In this document: in pieces, positions 1 to 9,450 of the stretch | Layout of the letters: each line of letters begins with the position of its first letter | Numbering within the stretch: position 1 is the first letter of the stretch | From: Nitrospinaceae bacterium | GTDB taxonomy: Bacteria; Nitrospinota; Nitrospinia; Nitrospinales; VA-1 | Direction: 5' to 3' | NCBI GenBank assembly: GCA_046754465.1 | Contig: JBHHVU010000036.1 | Coordinates: 1 to 32,481, forward strand | Length of the DNA: 32,481 nucleotides | Position numbers and translations under genes: made by a program | Notes under the pieces: model-generated | Database searches by the model: none | What the model saw: the letters and a program-made list of their open reading frames with translations, nothing else | What the model was told of the DNA's origin: nothing

Positions 1-174
1 GTGATTTTGTCATACCTTATATGGCGAACAAAGGCTGACTTGGCGGTTTAGATGGACCCATTTCCCTCCCCAGGGTGGGGGGCGGCGAACCGCCGCTGGT
101 GATTTTGTCATACCTTATATGGCGAACAAAGGCTGACTTGGCGGTTTAGATGGCCCATTTCTCTCCCCAGGGTG
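1..174 (+). repeat. Tandem pair (period 98 nt) of a dispersed intergenic repeat; first copy truncated by the window start
   Basis: GTGATTTTGTCATACCTTATATGGCGAACAAAGGCTGACTTGGCGGTTTAGATGG occurs at 1 and 99, each followed by a near-identical C-rich/G-rich segment; hairpin GCGGCG-AAC-CGCCGC at 82-96 lies between them. Confidence 0.9.
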
Positions 175-242
175 CTGGGGAAAAAAGATTGAAGAGGATA
201 TAAACCGGGATGCTCCCGTGGATTACAGGACGGTCGCTATAA

Positions 243-1610
243 ATGAAAAAAATCGGAATGGTCAGCCTGGGTTGCCCCAAGAACGCGGTGGATACCGAAA
301 TGGTCCTGGGTGATCTGATCGCCCATGGGTACGAGATCACCCCCAACCAGGCGGAGGCGGAGGTCCTCATCGTCAACACCTGCGGCTTCATCGAGTTCGC
401 CAAGCGGGAGTCGATCGATGCCATTCTGGAGATGGCCCGGCTAAAAACCGGGGGCCTTTGCCGGAACCTGATCGTGACCGGCTGTCTTGCGGAACGTTAC
501 GGCGAGGAATTGCTCACGGAAATTCCCGAAATCGACCACCTGCTGGGGGTGAACCAGTACCCGCGGCTCAAGGACATCCTGAAGGAAATCCATCCGCCGC
601 CCGGAAGCGCGAAAAAGCGGAACCACGTTAACGATCCGGCCCGATACCTGGAAAGCTACGCCGGCCGCGTTTTGACCACCCCCTTTTATTCCGCTTACCT
701 GAAGATCTCCGAAGGCTGCTCGAACCGATGCTCCTTCTGCATCATCCCGAAAATGCGCGGTCCGTTGCGTAGCCGTCCGTTGAAGTCCCTCCTCGCGGAA
801 ACCGGACACCTCGCTCAAAGAGGGGTGCGGGAATTCAATCTTATCTCCCAGGACACCACCATGTACGGGTTCGATCTGAGGATGAAAGACGGGCTGGTGC
901 GGCTGCTTCAATCCATGGTCAAAATTCCTGGGGTGGACTGGGTTCGCCTGTTTTATTGTTATCCGACATTCATTCATTCGGATCTGATCGAGGTGATCGC
1001 CGCCGAGGAGAAAATATGCAACTACATCGACGTTCCCCTCCAGCACAGCCATGACGAAATGTTGAAGAAAATGAATCGGCAGGAAACCGAAAAAGGCGTG
1101 GCAAGGATGCTGGATGAGATTCGCCGGAAAATTCCCGGCGTCGCCTTGCGCACCACGTTCATCACCGGGTTCCCGGGGGAAACGGAGGAGCATTTCAGGC
1201 ACCTTGCCCGATTTGTCCAGGAAATGGAATTCGACCATGCCGGGGTGTTCACCTATTCCCATGAAGAGGGGACCACCGCATACCAGTATCCCGATGATGT
1301 CCCCACCCAGGTGAAGGAAGAACGCAAAGCCGAGTTGATGGAGATTCAACGCGAAATCTGCCGCCGCCGGAACCATTCCCGGATCGGAGAAGTCCATCCC
1401 GTCCTGGTAGAAGGGGTGGACCCGGAGGAAGGTTACCTGGTGACCGGGCGATTGCCCACTCAGGCGCCCGAAATCGACGGTCAGGTGATCATCCAGGAAA
1501 GCGAGGTGCAGCCGGGGGAGATCGTCCCCATGCGCATCACCGGGGCCACCGACTACGACCTGGTCGCCGGAGTGCCTCCGGCGGCGGACCGCCCTCCGCA
1601 GGCAATTTGA
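243..1610 (+). CDS. rimO: Ribosomal protein S12 methylthiotransferase RimO
   Basis: UPF0004 N-terminus SLGCPKN...VNTCGFI, radical SAM motif CSNRCSFC, C-terminal TRAM-like APEIDG...YDL. Confidence 0.95.
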   Translation: MKKIGMVSLGCPKNAVDTEMVLGDLIAHGYEITPNQAEAEVLIVNTCGFIEFAKRESIDAILEMARLKTGGLCRNLIVTGCLAERYGEELLTEIPEIDHLLGVNQYPRLKDILKEIHPPPGSAKKRNHVNDPARYLESYAGRVLTTPFYSAYLKISEGCSNRCSFCIIPKMRGPLRSRPLKSLLAETGHLAQRGVREFNLISQDTTMYGFDLRMKDGLVRLLQSMVKIPGVDWVRLFYCYPTFIHSDLIEVIAAEEKICNYIDVPLQHSHDEMLKKMNRQETEKGVARMLDEIRRKIPGVALRTTFITGFPGETEEHFRHLARFVQEMEFDHAGVFTYSHEEGTTAYQYPDDVPTQVKEERKAELMEIQREICRRRNHSRIGEVHPVLVEGVDPEEGYLVTGRLPTQAPEIDGQVIIQESEVQPGEIVPMRITGATDYDLVAGVPPAADRPPQAI

Positions 1611-1612
1611 CA

Positions 1613-1684
1613 TGCGTTATATGCGATACAAGGATCGAGTGACGATGATGCCAGGACCTATCCCCTCCCTCGTGGGGGGCGGGG
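1613..1684 (+). repeat. Dispersed intergenic repeat copy 3, filling the rimO-pfkA spacer
   Basis: TTATATG at 1617, GACCTAT at 1655 (38-nt offset as in other copies), then CCCCTCCC-TCGT-GGGGGGCGGGG hairpin. Confidence 0.75.
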
Positions 1685-1685
1685 A

Positions 1686-2780
1686 ATGACCCTCAAACGG
1701 GTGGGAATACTGACCGGAGGCGGCGACTGTTCCGGATTGAACGCGGTCATCCGGGCGGTCACCCGGGCGGCGACCGTCAACCACGGCGCCCGGGTCATCG
1801 GCATCGAGCAGGGGTACGACGGCCTGATATTTGATCGGCACCAGGAACTTACCATCGACAACACGCGGGACATTCTTCCGTTGGGCGGTACCGTGCTTGG
1901 TACGACCAACAAGGGGAATCCTTTCGCCTACAGGGAGTTTAACGAGAAAGGAACCATCGAGGAGCATGATTATTCCGGGCGGGTGATGGACTGTTTCAAG
2001 CGCCTGGAGTTGGATTGCCTGTTCGTGGTGGGAGGGGATGGGTCTCTGCAGATCGCCCACAAGTTCTACAAAAAAGGGTTGCCGGTCATCGGAATTCCCA
2101 AAACCATCGATAACGACCTGGAGGGCACGGATTACACCTTTGGTTTTCAAACCGCCGTCCAGGTCGCGTGCGATGCCCTGGACCGCCTGCAAACCACCGG
2201 GAGAAGCCATCAGCGGGTGATGATATTGGAAGTGATGGGACGGTCCGTGGGGTGGATCGCCCTGGAATCGGGAATCGCCGGGGGCGCGCATATCATCCTG
2301 ATTCCGGAAATTCCGTACAAGTTGGACAAGGTGATGGAGAAGATCAAGCAGCGCGTGGCGGATGGCAACCCTTACAGCATTATCGTGGTCGCCGAAGGTT
2401 CCCGCGAGGAGGGTGGAAGCGAAATCATCCTGGAAAGCGCCTCCACCCGGCTTCAGGGAATGGTGCAATACGGTGGTGTGGGGAACCACCTGGCCCGGGA
2501 AATCAGCAGGGAGATCGACCTCGAGGTGCGCTGCACCATCCTGGGCCATACCCAGAGGGGAGGCACCCCAAACAGTTTTGACCGGGTCTTGGGGACCCGT
2601 CTGGGGGCCGCGGCGGTCGAGGCCGCCGCCGAGGGTAAATTTGGAAATATGGTTGCCCTGAAAACTCCGCGAATCGGGCTGGTTCCCATGGAATCCCTCG
2701 ATGGGATCGTCCGGAAAATCCCCCCCAATTCCCAATTGATCCAGTGCGCCGAAGCGGTCGGGATCAGCCTGGGCCGGTAG
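1686..2780 (+). CDS. pfkA: 6-phosphofructokinase (PfkA family, mixed-substrate group III type)
   Basis: TGGGDCSGLNAVIR, GGTVLGT, GGDGS, PKTIDND, EVMGR and LGHTQRGG motifs. Confidence 0.93.
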   Translation: MTLKRVGILTGGGDCSGLNAVIRAVTRAATVNHGARVIGIEQGYDGLIFDRHQELTIDNTRDILPLGGTVLGTTNKGNPFAYREFNEKGTIEEHDYSGRVMDCFKRLELDCLFVVGGDGSLQIAHKFYKKGLPVIGIPKTIDNDLEGTDYTFGFQTAVQVACDALDRLQTTGRSHQRVMILEVMGRSVGWIALESGIAGGAHIILIPEIPYKLDKVMEKIKQRVADGNPYSIIVVAEGSREEGGSEIILESASTRLQGMVQYGGVGNHLAREISREIDLEVRCTILGHTQRGGTPNSFDRVLGTRLGAAAVEAAAEGKFGNMVALKTPRIGLVPMESLDGIVRKIPPNSQLIQCAEAVGISLGR

Positions 2781-2824
2781 GCCGGCGAGCTGGGCTGGCC
2801 CCCGCCGCGATGGGGGTTTAATTC

Positions 2825-2853
2825 TTGTCACACTAAAAACAGTATGTTAATCT
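2825..2853 (+). promoter_or_regulatory. Putative sigma70 promoter of the rpsB-tsf operon
   Basis: TTGTCA-17 nt-TAATCT with TG extended -10 element, upstream of the rpsB leader. Confidence 0.45.
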
Positions 2854-2890
2854 AGCCGTCCAAAGGATTTAATCCATAAAAATTTTATTT

Positions 2891-2965
2891 CACACGCTGC
2901 CGGATTGAGCCGGGGGTGGCCTTCGGGTTGCCGGTTTGAGGGGATGGCAGCGGCGGTTCAAACCC
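2891..2965 (+). ncRNA. rpsB 5' leader (t44 / S2 autoregulatory cis element)
   Basis: Starts CACAC, stem CGCTGCC(2895-2901)/GGCAGCG(2946-2952), internal CCGGGGGTG..TTCG..CCGG hairpin, ends AAACCC just before the rpsB RBS; this layout matches the t44 family. Confidence 0.75.
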
Positions 2966-2984
2966 AATTCGCAAGGAGTCCATA

Positions 2985-3809
2985 ATGCCTGAAATCACCA
3001 TGAAAAACCTGTTGGAGGCGGGGGTCCATTTTGGTCACCAGACCAGACGATGGAATCCCAAGATGAAAAAATACATTTATGGAGCCCGAAACGGCATCCA
3101 TATCATCGACCTCCAGAAAAGTTTGAAAAAAATCCGTGAAACCGAGGGCCGCGTCAGGGATCTAGCCCTTTCGGGCAAAAAAATATTGTTCGTCGGCACC
3201 AAGAAACAGGCCCAGGAACTCATCGCCCAGGAGGCGATCCGTTGCGGAATGTACTACATCAACCAGCGGTGGCTGGGGGGGACGTTGACCAATTTCATGA
3301 CCATCCGTAAAAGCATCGACCGGCTGCTGGAACTGGAACGGATGGAAGAAGAACATGAATTCGACCGGCTTCATAAAAAGGAAGCCCTGAAAAAACGGAA
3401 GGAGATCGCCAAGCTCAACAAATTCTTCCGGGGCATCAAAGCCATGAAGGAAATTCCCGAAATGATCTTTATCGTGGACACGCGCAAGGAAAAGATCGCC
3501 CTGGCCGAAGCCAGGAAACTGGGACTTAAAATTATTGCCATCGTGGACACCAATTGCGATCCCGATGGCATCGATTTTCCCATTCCCGGAAACGACGATG
3601 CCATCCGGTCCATCAAGTTATTTACCCAGCGGGTCGCCGAAATGTGTATTGAAGCCCAGGGAATGAACAAGGCCCAGGACGAGGAAGGGCAGGTGGGGGA
3701 GGAAGCCGGGGTCACGCAGGCGGCCGAGGCGCCCGCCGCGCCGGAACCGGCCGAGATAAAAACGGAACCCGTTGCCGGCGAACAGGAGCAAAACAGCGAG
3801 GAAAAATGA
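2985..3809 (+). CDS. rpsB: 30S ribosomal protein S2
   Basis: [46 protein letters not shown]; acidic low-complexity C-terminal tail. Confidence 0.98.
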   Translation: MPEITMKNLLEAGVHFGHQTRRWNPKMKKYIYGARNGIHIIDLQKSLKKIRETEGRVRDLALSGKKILFVGTKKQAQELIAQEAIRCGMYYINQRWLGGTLTNFMTIRKSIDRLLELERMEEEHEFDRLHKKEALKKRKEIAKLNKFFRGIKAMKEIPEMIFIVDTRKEKIALAEARKLGLKIIAIVDTNCDPDGIDFPIPGNDDAIRSIKLFTQRVAEMCIEAQGMNKAQDEEGQVGEEAGVTQAAEAPAAPEPAEIKTEPVAGEQEQNSEEK

Positions 3810-3884
3810 TCCGCCGAATTTCCGGGGAATATCCCGGCGGTGCATGGAATAAGGATTTTTTTGGAGATGAGGAGTTAAATCAGA

Positions 3885-4478
3885 ATGGAAATCACCGCAT
3901 CAATGGTAAAAGAGCTGCGCACCAAATCGGGTGCGGGCATTATGGAATGTAAGAGCGCCCTGAAGGAGTCCAAGGGCAACGTGGAAGAGGCGATCACTTT
4001 TCTCAGGAAGAAAGGGTTGGCCAAGGCGGGGAAAAAATCGGATCGGCACACCGGCGACGGCGCCATCGGGTCCTACATCCACCCCGGGAACAAGATCGGT
4101 GTCATGGTGCAGCTCAACTGTGAAACGGACTTCGTGGCCAACACCCCGGAATTCCAGGAACTGTTGAAGGATATCTGTATGCACATCGCGGCTGCGAAAT
4201 CCAGGTTCATTTCTCGCGAGAATGTGACGCAGGAAGACCTGGACCGAGAACGGGAGATTTTTGCCCACCAGGCCAGGGAGTCCGGTAAGCCGGACCATAT
4301 CATCGAAAAGATCGTGGATGGAAAGATGGAAAAGTATTACGAGGAAAATTGCCTGCTGGACCAGCGGTTCATCAAGGACGGGGACCTCACGATCCAGGAC
4401 TTGATCAAGCAGAAAATCGCCCTGCTGGGAGAAAATATCACGGTGGGCGATTTTATCCGATTCGAAATATCCAAATGA
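3885..4478 (+). CDS. tsf: Elongation factor Ts (short form)
   Basis: [24 protein letters not shown]; follows rpsB. Confidence 0.97.
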   Translation: MEITASMVKELRTKSGAGIMECKSALKESKGNVEEAITFLRKKGLAKAGKKSDRHTGDGAIGSYIHPGNKIGVMVQLNCETDFVANTPEFQELLKDICMHIAAAKSRFISRENVTQEDLDREREIFAHQARESGKPDHIIEKIVDGKMEKYYEENCLLDQRFIKDGDLTIQDLIKQKIALLGENITVGDFIRFEISK

Positions 4479-4494
4479 GCCGGCCCGGGAATCC

Positions 4495-5220
4495 ATGAAC
4501 GAACCGGTTTACAAACGAATTCTTTTAAAACTGGGAGGGGAGAGCTTGGCCGCTCGGGATGGCGGTTACGGAATCGACCAGGGAGCCTTGGAAAACATCG
4601 GCTCCGAAATTCATGACGCCAAGGCTCTAGGCGTGGAAATCGCCATTGTCATTGGAGGCGGTAATATTTTCCGGGGGATCACCGCCAGCAAAATGGGAAT
4701 GGAACGCGTCACGGCGGATTACATGGGAATGCTGGCGACGGTCATCAACGCGTTGGCTCTGCAGCATGCCCTGGAGGCCTCGGGGGTATCCACCCGGGTG
4801 CAGACCGCGATCGAAATTCACCAGCTCGCGGAACCCTATGTGCGGCGGAGAGCCATACGCCACCTGGAAAAGGGAAGGGTGATCATCTTCGCCGGCGGAA
4901 CGGGAAATCCCTATTTCACGACGGACACCGCCGCTTCTCTCCGAGCCATGGAAATTGGCGCCGAGGTCATCTTCAAGGCCACCAAGGTGGACGGCATTTA
5001 TTCTTCCGATCCCCTCAAGGATCAGAACGCCACCAAGTTCACCCAACTCTCCTACCTGGAGGTTTTGCAAAAGGGATTGAAGGTGATGGACTCCACTTCG
5101 GTATCCCTTTGCATGGATAACAAACTTCCCATGATCATTTTCAATGTGCGTAACCGTGGCAGCATCAAACGGGCGTTGCTCGGGGAAAAGATCGGGACCA
5201 CGGTGGGAGTCGGGTTATGA
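4495..5220 (+). CDS. pyrH: Uridylate kinase
   Basis: [44 protein letters not shown]. Confidence 0.97.
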   Translation: MNEPVYKRILLKLGGESLAARDGGYGIDQGALENIGSEIHDAKALGVEIAIVIGGGNIFRGITASKMGMERVTADYMGMLATVINALALQHALEASGVSTRVQTAIEIHQLAEPYVRRRAIRHLEKGRVIIFAGGTGNPYFTTDTAASLRAMEIGAEVIFKATKVDGIYSSDPLKDQNATKFTQLSYLEVLQKGLKVMDSTSVSLCMDNKLPMIIFNVRNRGSIKRALLGEKIGTTVGVGL

Positions 5221-5774
5221 TGGACCAGCTAGTGAAAGAAGCCGAAACCAAGATGGGCTACTCCCTGGATCATCTCCGGGGCGACCTGTCCAAATTGAGG
5301 ACTGGGCGGGCTTCCCTGGCCATCCTCGAAGGAATCAAGGTGGAATATTATAGCAACCCCACACCCTTGAACCAGGTGGCCACCCTGGGGGTTCCGGATA
5401 GCGCCACGATCACCATTCAGCCTTGGGATGTTTCCATTCTCAAGGATATCGAAAAAGCCGTCCAAACTTCGGATTTGGGGCTGACCCCCAATAACGATGG
5501 AAAGATGATTCGGTTGAATATCCCTCCCCTCACCCAGGAGAGGAGGCAGCAACTGGTCAAGGTGGTCAAAAAATACGCGGAGGAATGCAAGGTCGCGTTG
5601 CGTAATATCCGGCGGGAATTCAACGATAAAGTCAAAGCTGTGGAAAAAAAACACGAGATTTCTGAAGACGACAGCCGCCGGGTTTTAGACCAAATGCAAA
5701 AGATCACCGATCAGAAAGTGGGAGAGGCGGACCAGATCGCCAAAGCCAAGGAAAAAGATATCTTGGAAGTTTGA
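5217..5774 (+). CDS. frr: Ribosome recycling factor
   Basis: [38 protein letters not shown] overlap with the pyrH stop. Confidence 0.97.
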   Translation: MMDQLVKEAETKMGYSLDHLRGDLSKLRTGRASLAILEGIKVEYYSNPTPLNQVATLGVPDSATITIQPWDVSILKDIEKAVQTSDLGLTPNNDGKMIRLNIPPLTQERRQQLVKVVKKYAEECKVALRNIRREFNDKVKAVEKKHEISEDDSRRVLDQMQKITDQKVGEADQIAKAKEKDILEV

Positions 5775-5874
5775 TCCGTTTTTTATAATATTTTCCGATG
5801 ACCCCCGAGAGCCAGGAGGCCGAATTCATCCAATCCAGCCCCTTTCCTCCGGCCGTTTGACAGGAGTCGTTTTC

Positions 5875-6630
5875 TTGATCGACACCGCGTTACATGAACA
5901 ACTCGATCCCAGCCGGTTGCCGCGGCACATCGCCATCATCATGGACGGCAACGGGCGCTGGGCCAGGAACAACCGTCGCCCCCGGGTGGAGGGTCATTGG
6001 GAAGGGGTCAAGGCGGTCGACCGCATCGTCACCCTTTGCCGCAAACTCAATATCGAGGCCCTGACCCTGTATTCCTTTTCTGAGGAAAACTGGAACCGTC
6101 CTTCCTCTGAAATTAGCGCCCTCATGAAGATCCTGGATTTTTATCTGAAGAAGGAACTCGGGCGCATGCAGAAGGAAAACATCCGCTTCAATACCATCGG
6201 GCGCGTCGAGGAACTGCCGGAGGAGATCCAGAAAATAATCCGCAAGGCCCAGGAGGCGACCCGGCGAAACAGCGGCATGGTGCTGACCCTGGCCTTGAGT
6301 TATGGCGGGCGCCGGGAAATTCTGGACGCGGTCCGGAAGATCGCTGAAAAGGTCCAATCGGGCTATCTCCGGGCGGAGGATATCGACTCGCCCCTGTTTG
6401 AAAGCTTTTTGTCCTCCCATCCCCTGCCCGACCCAGATCTCCTGATCCGCACCAGCGGGGAGCGGCGGATCAGCAATTTTCTTCTGTACCAGATCGCTTA
6501 CACGGAGCTGCATTATACCCCCGTCCTGTGGCCGGATTTTTCGGAGGAGGATTTGTTAAAAGCCCTCATCGATTATCAGAAACGCGAAAGAAGGTTTGGC
6601 CTGACCCGGGAACAGATCGTGAAAGCCTGA
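5875..6630 (+). CDS. uppS: Undecaprenyl diphosphate synthase (isoprenyl transferase)
   Basis: HIAIIMDGNGRWA, FSEENWNRP, PDLLIRTSGERRISNFLL; start placed at TTG 5875 behind AGGAG (ORF track starts at 5857). Confidence 0.95.
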   Translation: MIDTALHEQLDPSRLPRHIAIIMDGNGRWARNNRRPRVEGHWEGVKAVDRIVTLCRKLNIEALTLYSFSEENWNRPSSEISALMKILDFYLKKELGRMQKENIRFNTIGRVEELPEEIQKIIRKAQEATRRNSGMVLTLALSYGGRREILDAVRKIAEKVQSGYLRAEDIDSPLFESFLSSHPLPDPDLLIRTSGERRISNFLLYQIAYTELHYTPVLWPDFSEEDLLKALIDYQKRERRFGLTREQIVKA

Positions 6631-6796
6631 TGAGAGGGAAGACCGAAAAATACTTTCCGGCCCGCTCGGCCCGTTTTTTTATCTGGACGAGGGCCTTTCC
6701 CCCCTCCACCGCCGTGTTGGGGGTTCCAACGTTTCAGAGCCCGCCCTCCCAACCCCTTCCTATTTATTTTTTATCACTTAACTAAAGGAAAGCCCT

Positions 6797-7585
6797 TTGA
6801 AACGCGTTCTGAGCGGAGCCCTGTCCATTCCCCTGGTTTTAGGAATCGTCCTCTACGGTTCGCCCTGGTTGTTTTTTGCCCTGGTCGCGGCGGTGGTTCT
6901 GGCCGGATGCTATGAATATTTTTCCATGATCTCAAGGATCGGCATTGATGGATTTCCTTTTCTGGGGGGAGCCTTGAGCGTTCTTCTGCTGGTTTGTTTT
7001 TATTTCGGCGGCCGCTATTTACTTTCCTGGGGAGCGGTCGCCGTGCTCGCCTTGTTTCTGGCCTGGATGTTCCGGGAGAAAAATGTCCGGACCGCGCTCG
7101 ATCAAATAGCCTATACCCTGCTGGGTGTCGTTTATGTCGGGGGCTTGGCGGGCTACGTTTTAATGATCCGCGGCCTGGAAGGGGGAAGGCATTGGCTTTT
7201 GTTTTTGTTTCTGGTCATCTGGCTGGGCGATATTGCCGCGTACTACGGCGGCAAGTCCCTGGGCAAAAGGGCGCTCGCCCCATCGGTCAGCCCGAACAAA
7301 ACCCGCGAGGGCGCCCTGTTTGGCCTGGCGGGCAGCCTGGCGGGTGGGATGATCTCGGTATTCTGGCTCCTGGACGGGGTTTCCCTCCTCCACGGTTTGC
7401 TTATAGCATTGATTTGCGGTATGATCGGTCAACTCGGTGACTTGGCAGAGTCATTATTGAAGCGCAACACGGGAGTCAAGGATTCCGGTGGGCTGTTTCC
7501 CGGCCATGGAGGGGTGCTGGACCGCATTGACAGTCTGTTGTTCGCGGGTCCCGCACTTTTTGTTTATCATCAGTGGGTTCTTTAA
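6797..7585 (+). CDS. cdsA: Phosphatidate cytidylyltransferase
   Basis: Multi-TM protein with SPNKTREG and GDLAESLLKR...KDSG..FPGHGGVLDRIDS; TTG start after AAGGA. Confidence 0.95.
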   Translation: MKRVLSGALSIPLVLGIVLYGSPWLFFALVAAVVLAGCYEYFSMISRIGIDGFPFLGGALSVLLLVCFYFGGRYLLSWGAVAVLALFLAWMFREKNVRTALDQIAYTLLGVVYVGGLAGYVLMIRGLEGGRHWLLFLFLVIWLGDIAAYYGGKSLGKRALAPSVSPNKTREGALFGLAGSLAGGMISVFWLLDGVSLLHGLLIALICGMIGQLGDLAESLLKRNTGVKDSGGLFPGHGGVLDRIDSLLFAGPALFVYHQWVL

Positions 7586-7670
7586 AAGTCCTTCCATCCC
7601 GGGTGCCCTCGCCTTTCCCCAGCCTCCCGATTTGCATTTTAACTAACGGTTGTCTGAATCTCGAGAATCC

Positions 7671-8822
7671 ATGAAAAGGATATCCCTTTTGGGGTCCACG
7701 GGCTCCATCGGTGTCAGCACCTTGGATGTCGTTGAACATAGCCCGGATCAATTCGATATCTGCGGCCTGTCGGCGGGGTCTAACATTGACCTTTTATACC
7801 GCCAGATAAAAAAATTCAAGCCCAGGCTGGTCTCGATTTTCGACCGGTCGAAGGCCGGCCCCCTCCGGGAAATGCTGGCGGGGGAGGATGTGGAGGTCTT
7901 GTGCGGGGAAGAGGGAACCGTCAAAGTAGCTACCTGTGCGGAGGTGGACCTGGTGGTGTCGGGAATCGTCGGCGGTGCCGGGCTGGTTCCCACGCTTGCG
8001 GCCATTCGGGCGGGAAAGAACATCGCCCTGGCCAATAAAGAAACCCTGGTGATCGCCGGGGAACTCGTTTTCAAGGAGGCAGGTGGCCGGGTGGCGGTCA
8101 TCCCCATCGACAGCGAACACAGCGCCATTTTTCAGGCCCTGAACGGTGAAAAAAAGGAGCAGATCAAGAAAATTATCCTGACCGCGTCCGGGGGACCCTT
8201 CCGCACCCACAGCCGGGAACAGATGGAGCAGGTCACCGTCCAGCAGGCGCTGAACCATCCTAATTGGTCGATGGGCAACAAGATCACCATCGATTCCGCG
8301 ACGATGATGAACAAGGGGCTGGAATTTATCGAGGCCAAATGGCTTTTCGGCCTGGATATGGAAGTCGAAATCATCATTCACCCGCAAAGCATCATCCATT
8401 CCATGATCGAGTTTGTCGATACCTCGATCATGGCCCAGATGGGAATTCCGGATATGCGGGTCCCCATCTCTTACGCCCTCTCCTGGCCCGACCGGTTGAA
8501 GACCCAATTGCCGTCGCTCAACCTGGCGGAAGTCAAGCATTTGACCTTTGAACCGCCCGACTTCGAAAAATTTCCCTGCCCGCGGCTGGCCTTCGACGCC
8601 ATGGAAATCGGTCAGACCATGCCCGCGGTCCTGAACGCCGCCAATGAGATTGCCGTGCAGGCCTTTCTGGATGAACAGATTCCCTTCAAGGAAATTCCGG
8701 AAATCATCCGCATGGTCATGAACGGCCATCAATGCCGGCCCGTGCTCTGTCTAGAGGATGTTCTCGATGCCGACCGCTGGGCGCGGGAAGAAGCGAGGAG
8801 ACGGGTGACCGTCGCCTCTTGA
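7671..8822 (+). CDS. dxr: 1-deoxy-D-xylulose 5-phosphate reductoisomerase
   Basis: LGSTGSIG, LANKE, PIDSEHSA, HPNWSMGNKITIDSATMMNKGLE; start placed at ATG 7671 (MKRISLLG). Confidence 0.96.
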   Translation: MKRISLLGSTGSIGVSTLDVVEHSPDQFDICGLSAGSNIDLLYRQIKKFKPRLVSIFDRSKAGPLREMLAGEDVEVLCGEEGTVKVATCAEVDLVVSGIVGGAGLVPTLAAIRAGKNIALANKETLVIAGELVFKEAGGRVAVIPIDSEHSAIFQALNGEKKEQIKKIILTASGGPFRTHSREQMEQVTVQQALNHPNWSMGNKITIDSATMMNKGLEFIEAKWLFGLDMEVEIIIHPQSIIHSMIEFVDTSIMAQMGIPDMRVPISYALSWPDRLKTQLPSLNLAEVKHLTFEPPDFEKFPCPRLAFDAMEIGQTMPAVLNAANEIAVQAFLDEQIPFKEIPEIIRMVMNGHQCRPVLCLEDVLDADRWAREEARRRVTVAS

Positions 8823-8905
8823 TCCCGGTTCGCCTGCCGGCACCGCCACGATAACGCGTCCCGCGTCCACCCATGAGTAGAAGTTTGGAGGGTTTTGACA
8901 ACGCC

Positions 8906-9391
8906 ATGTTCCGCATCGGCAATGGTTACGACGTCCACCGCTTGGTGAAGGGAAGAAAACTGATTCTCGGGGGTGTGGAGGTGCCGCATCCCTTGGGCCT
9001 GGAGGGGCATTCCGATGCCGACGCCCTGGTTCACGCTGTGTGCGATGCCCTGCTGGGCGCCTGCGGCCGGGGGGATATCGGCCAATACTTTCCGGATACC
9101 GACCCGCGATGGAAAGGCGTCTCCAGCATCCGCCTCCTGGAAAAAGTGGGCGGGATGTGCGCGGACCTTCAGTACCAGGTGTCCAATATCGATACCATCA
9201 TCGTGGCGCAAAAACCCAAACTGGCACCCTACTTGCCGGAGATGAAAAAAAATATCGCCGGCGGGCTCGGTATCGACCCCGGTCAAGTCAATGTCAAGGC
9301 GACCACCACCGAATCGCTGGGATACGCCGGCCGGGAGGAGGGGATTGCCGCCTACGCCGTCGCCCTGCTTCAAAAAAACAATGCCCCCTGA
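8906..9391 (+). CDS. ispF: 2-C-methyl-D-erythritol 2,4-cyclodiphosphate synthase
   Basis: MFRIGNGYDVHRL, GHSDAD, GDIGQYFPDTD, NVKATTTE; start at ATG 8906 behind GGAGG. Confidence 0.95.
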   Translation: MFRIGNGYDVHRLVKGRKLILGGVEVPHPLGLEGHSDADALVHAVCDALLGACGRGDIGQYFPDTDPRWKGVSSIRLLEKVGGMCADLQYQVSNIDTIIVAQKPKLAPYLPEMKKNIAGGLGIDPGQVNVKATTTESLGYAGREEGIAAYAVALLQKNNAP

Positions 9392-9450
9392 ACCCATACT
9401 CATTTTGCGGACTGCCCGCCACTGGAGAAAGCCGTTGGCCTGAAATGCGA

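Noticed and set aside
1..174. CRISPR array at the window start
   Set aside because: The unit is about 98 nt and repeated almost in full with no unique spacers; no cas genes in the window
441..2831. Long antisense ORFs 441-1613 and 1617-2831 (also 7794-8732, 18895-19815, 21817-22761, 27892-28638, 28866-29675)
   Set aside because: They shadow well-supported genes on the opposite strand, have no recognisable motifs, and are expected from GC-rich codon bias
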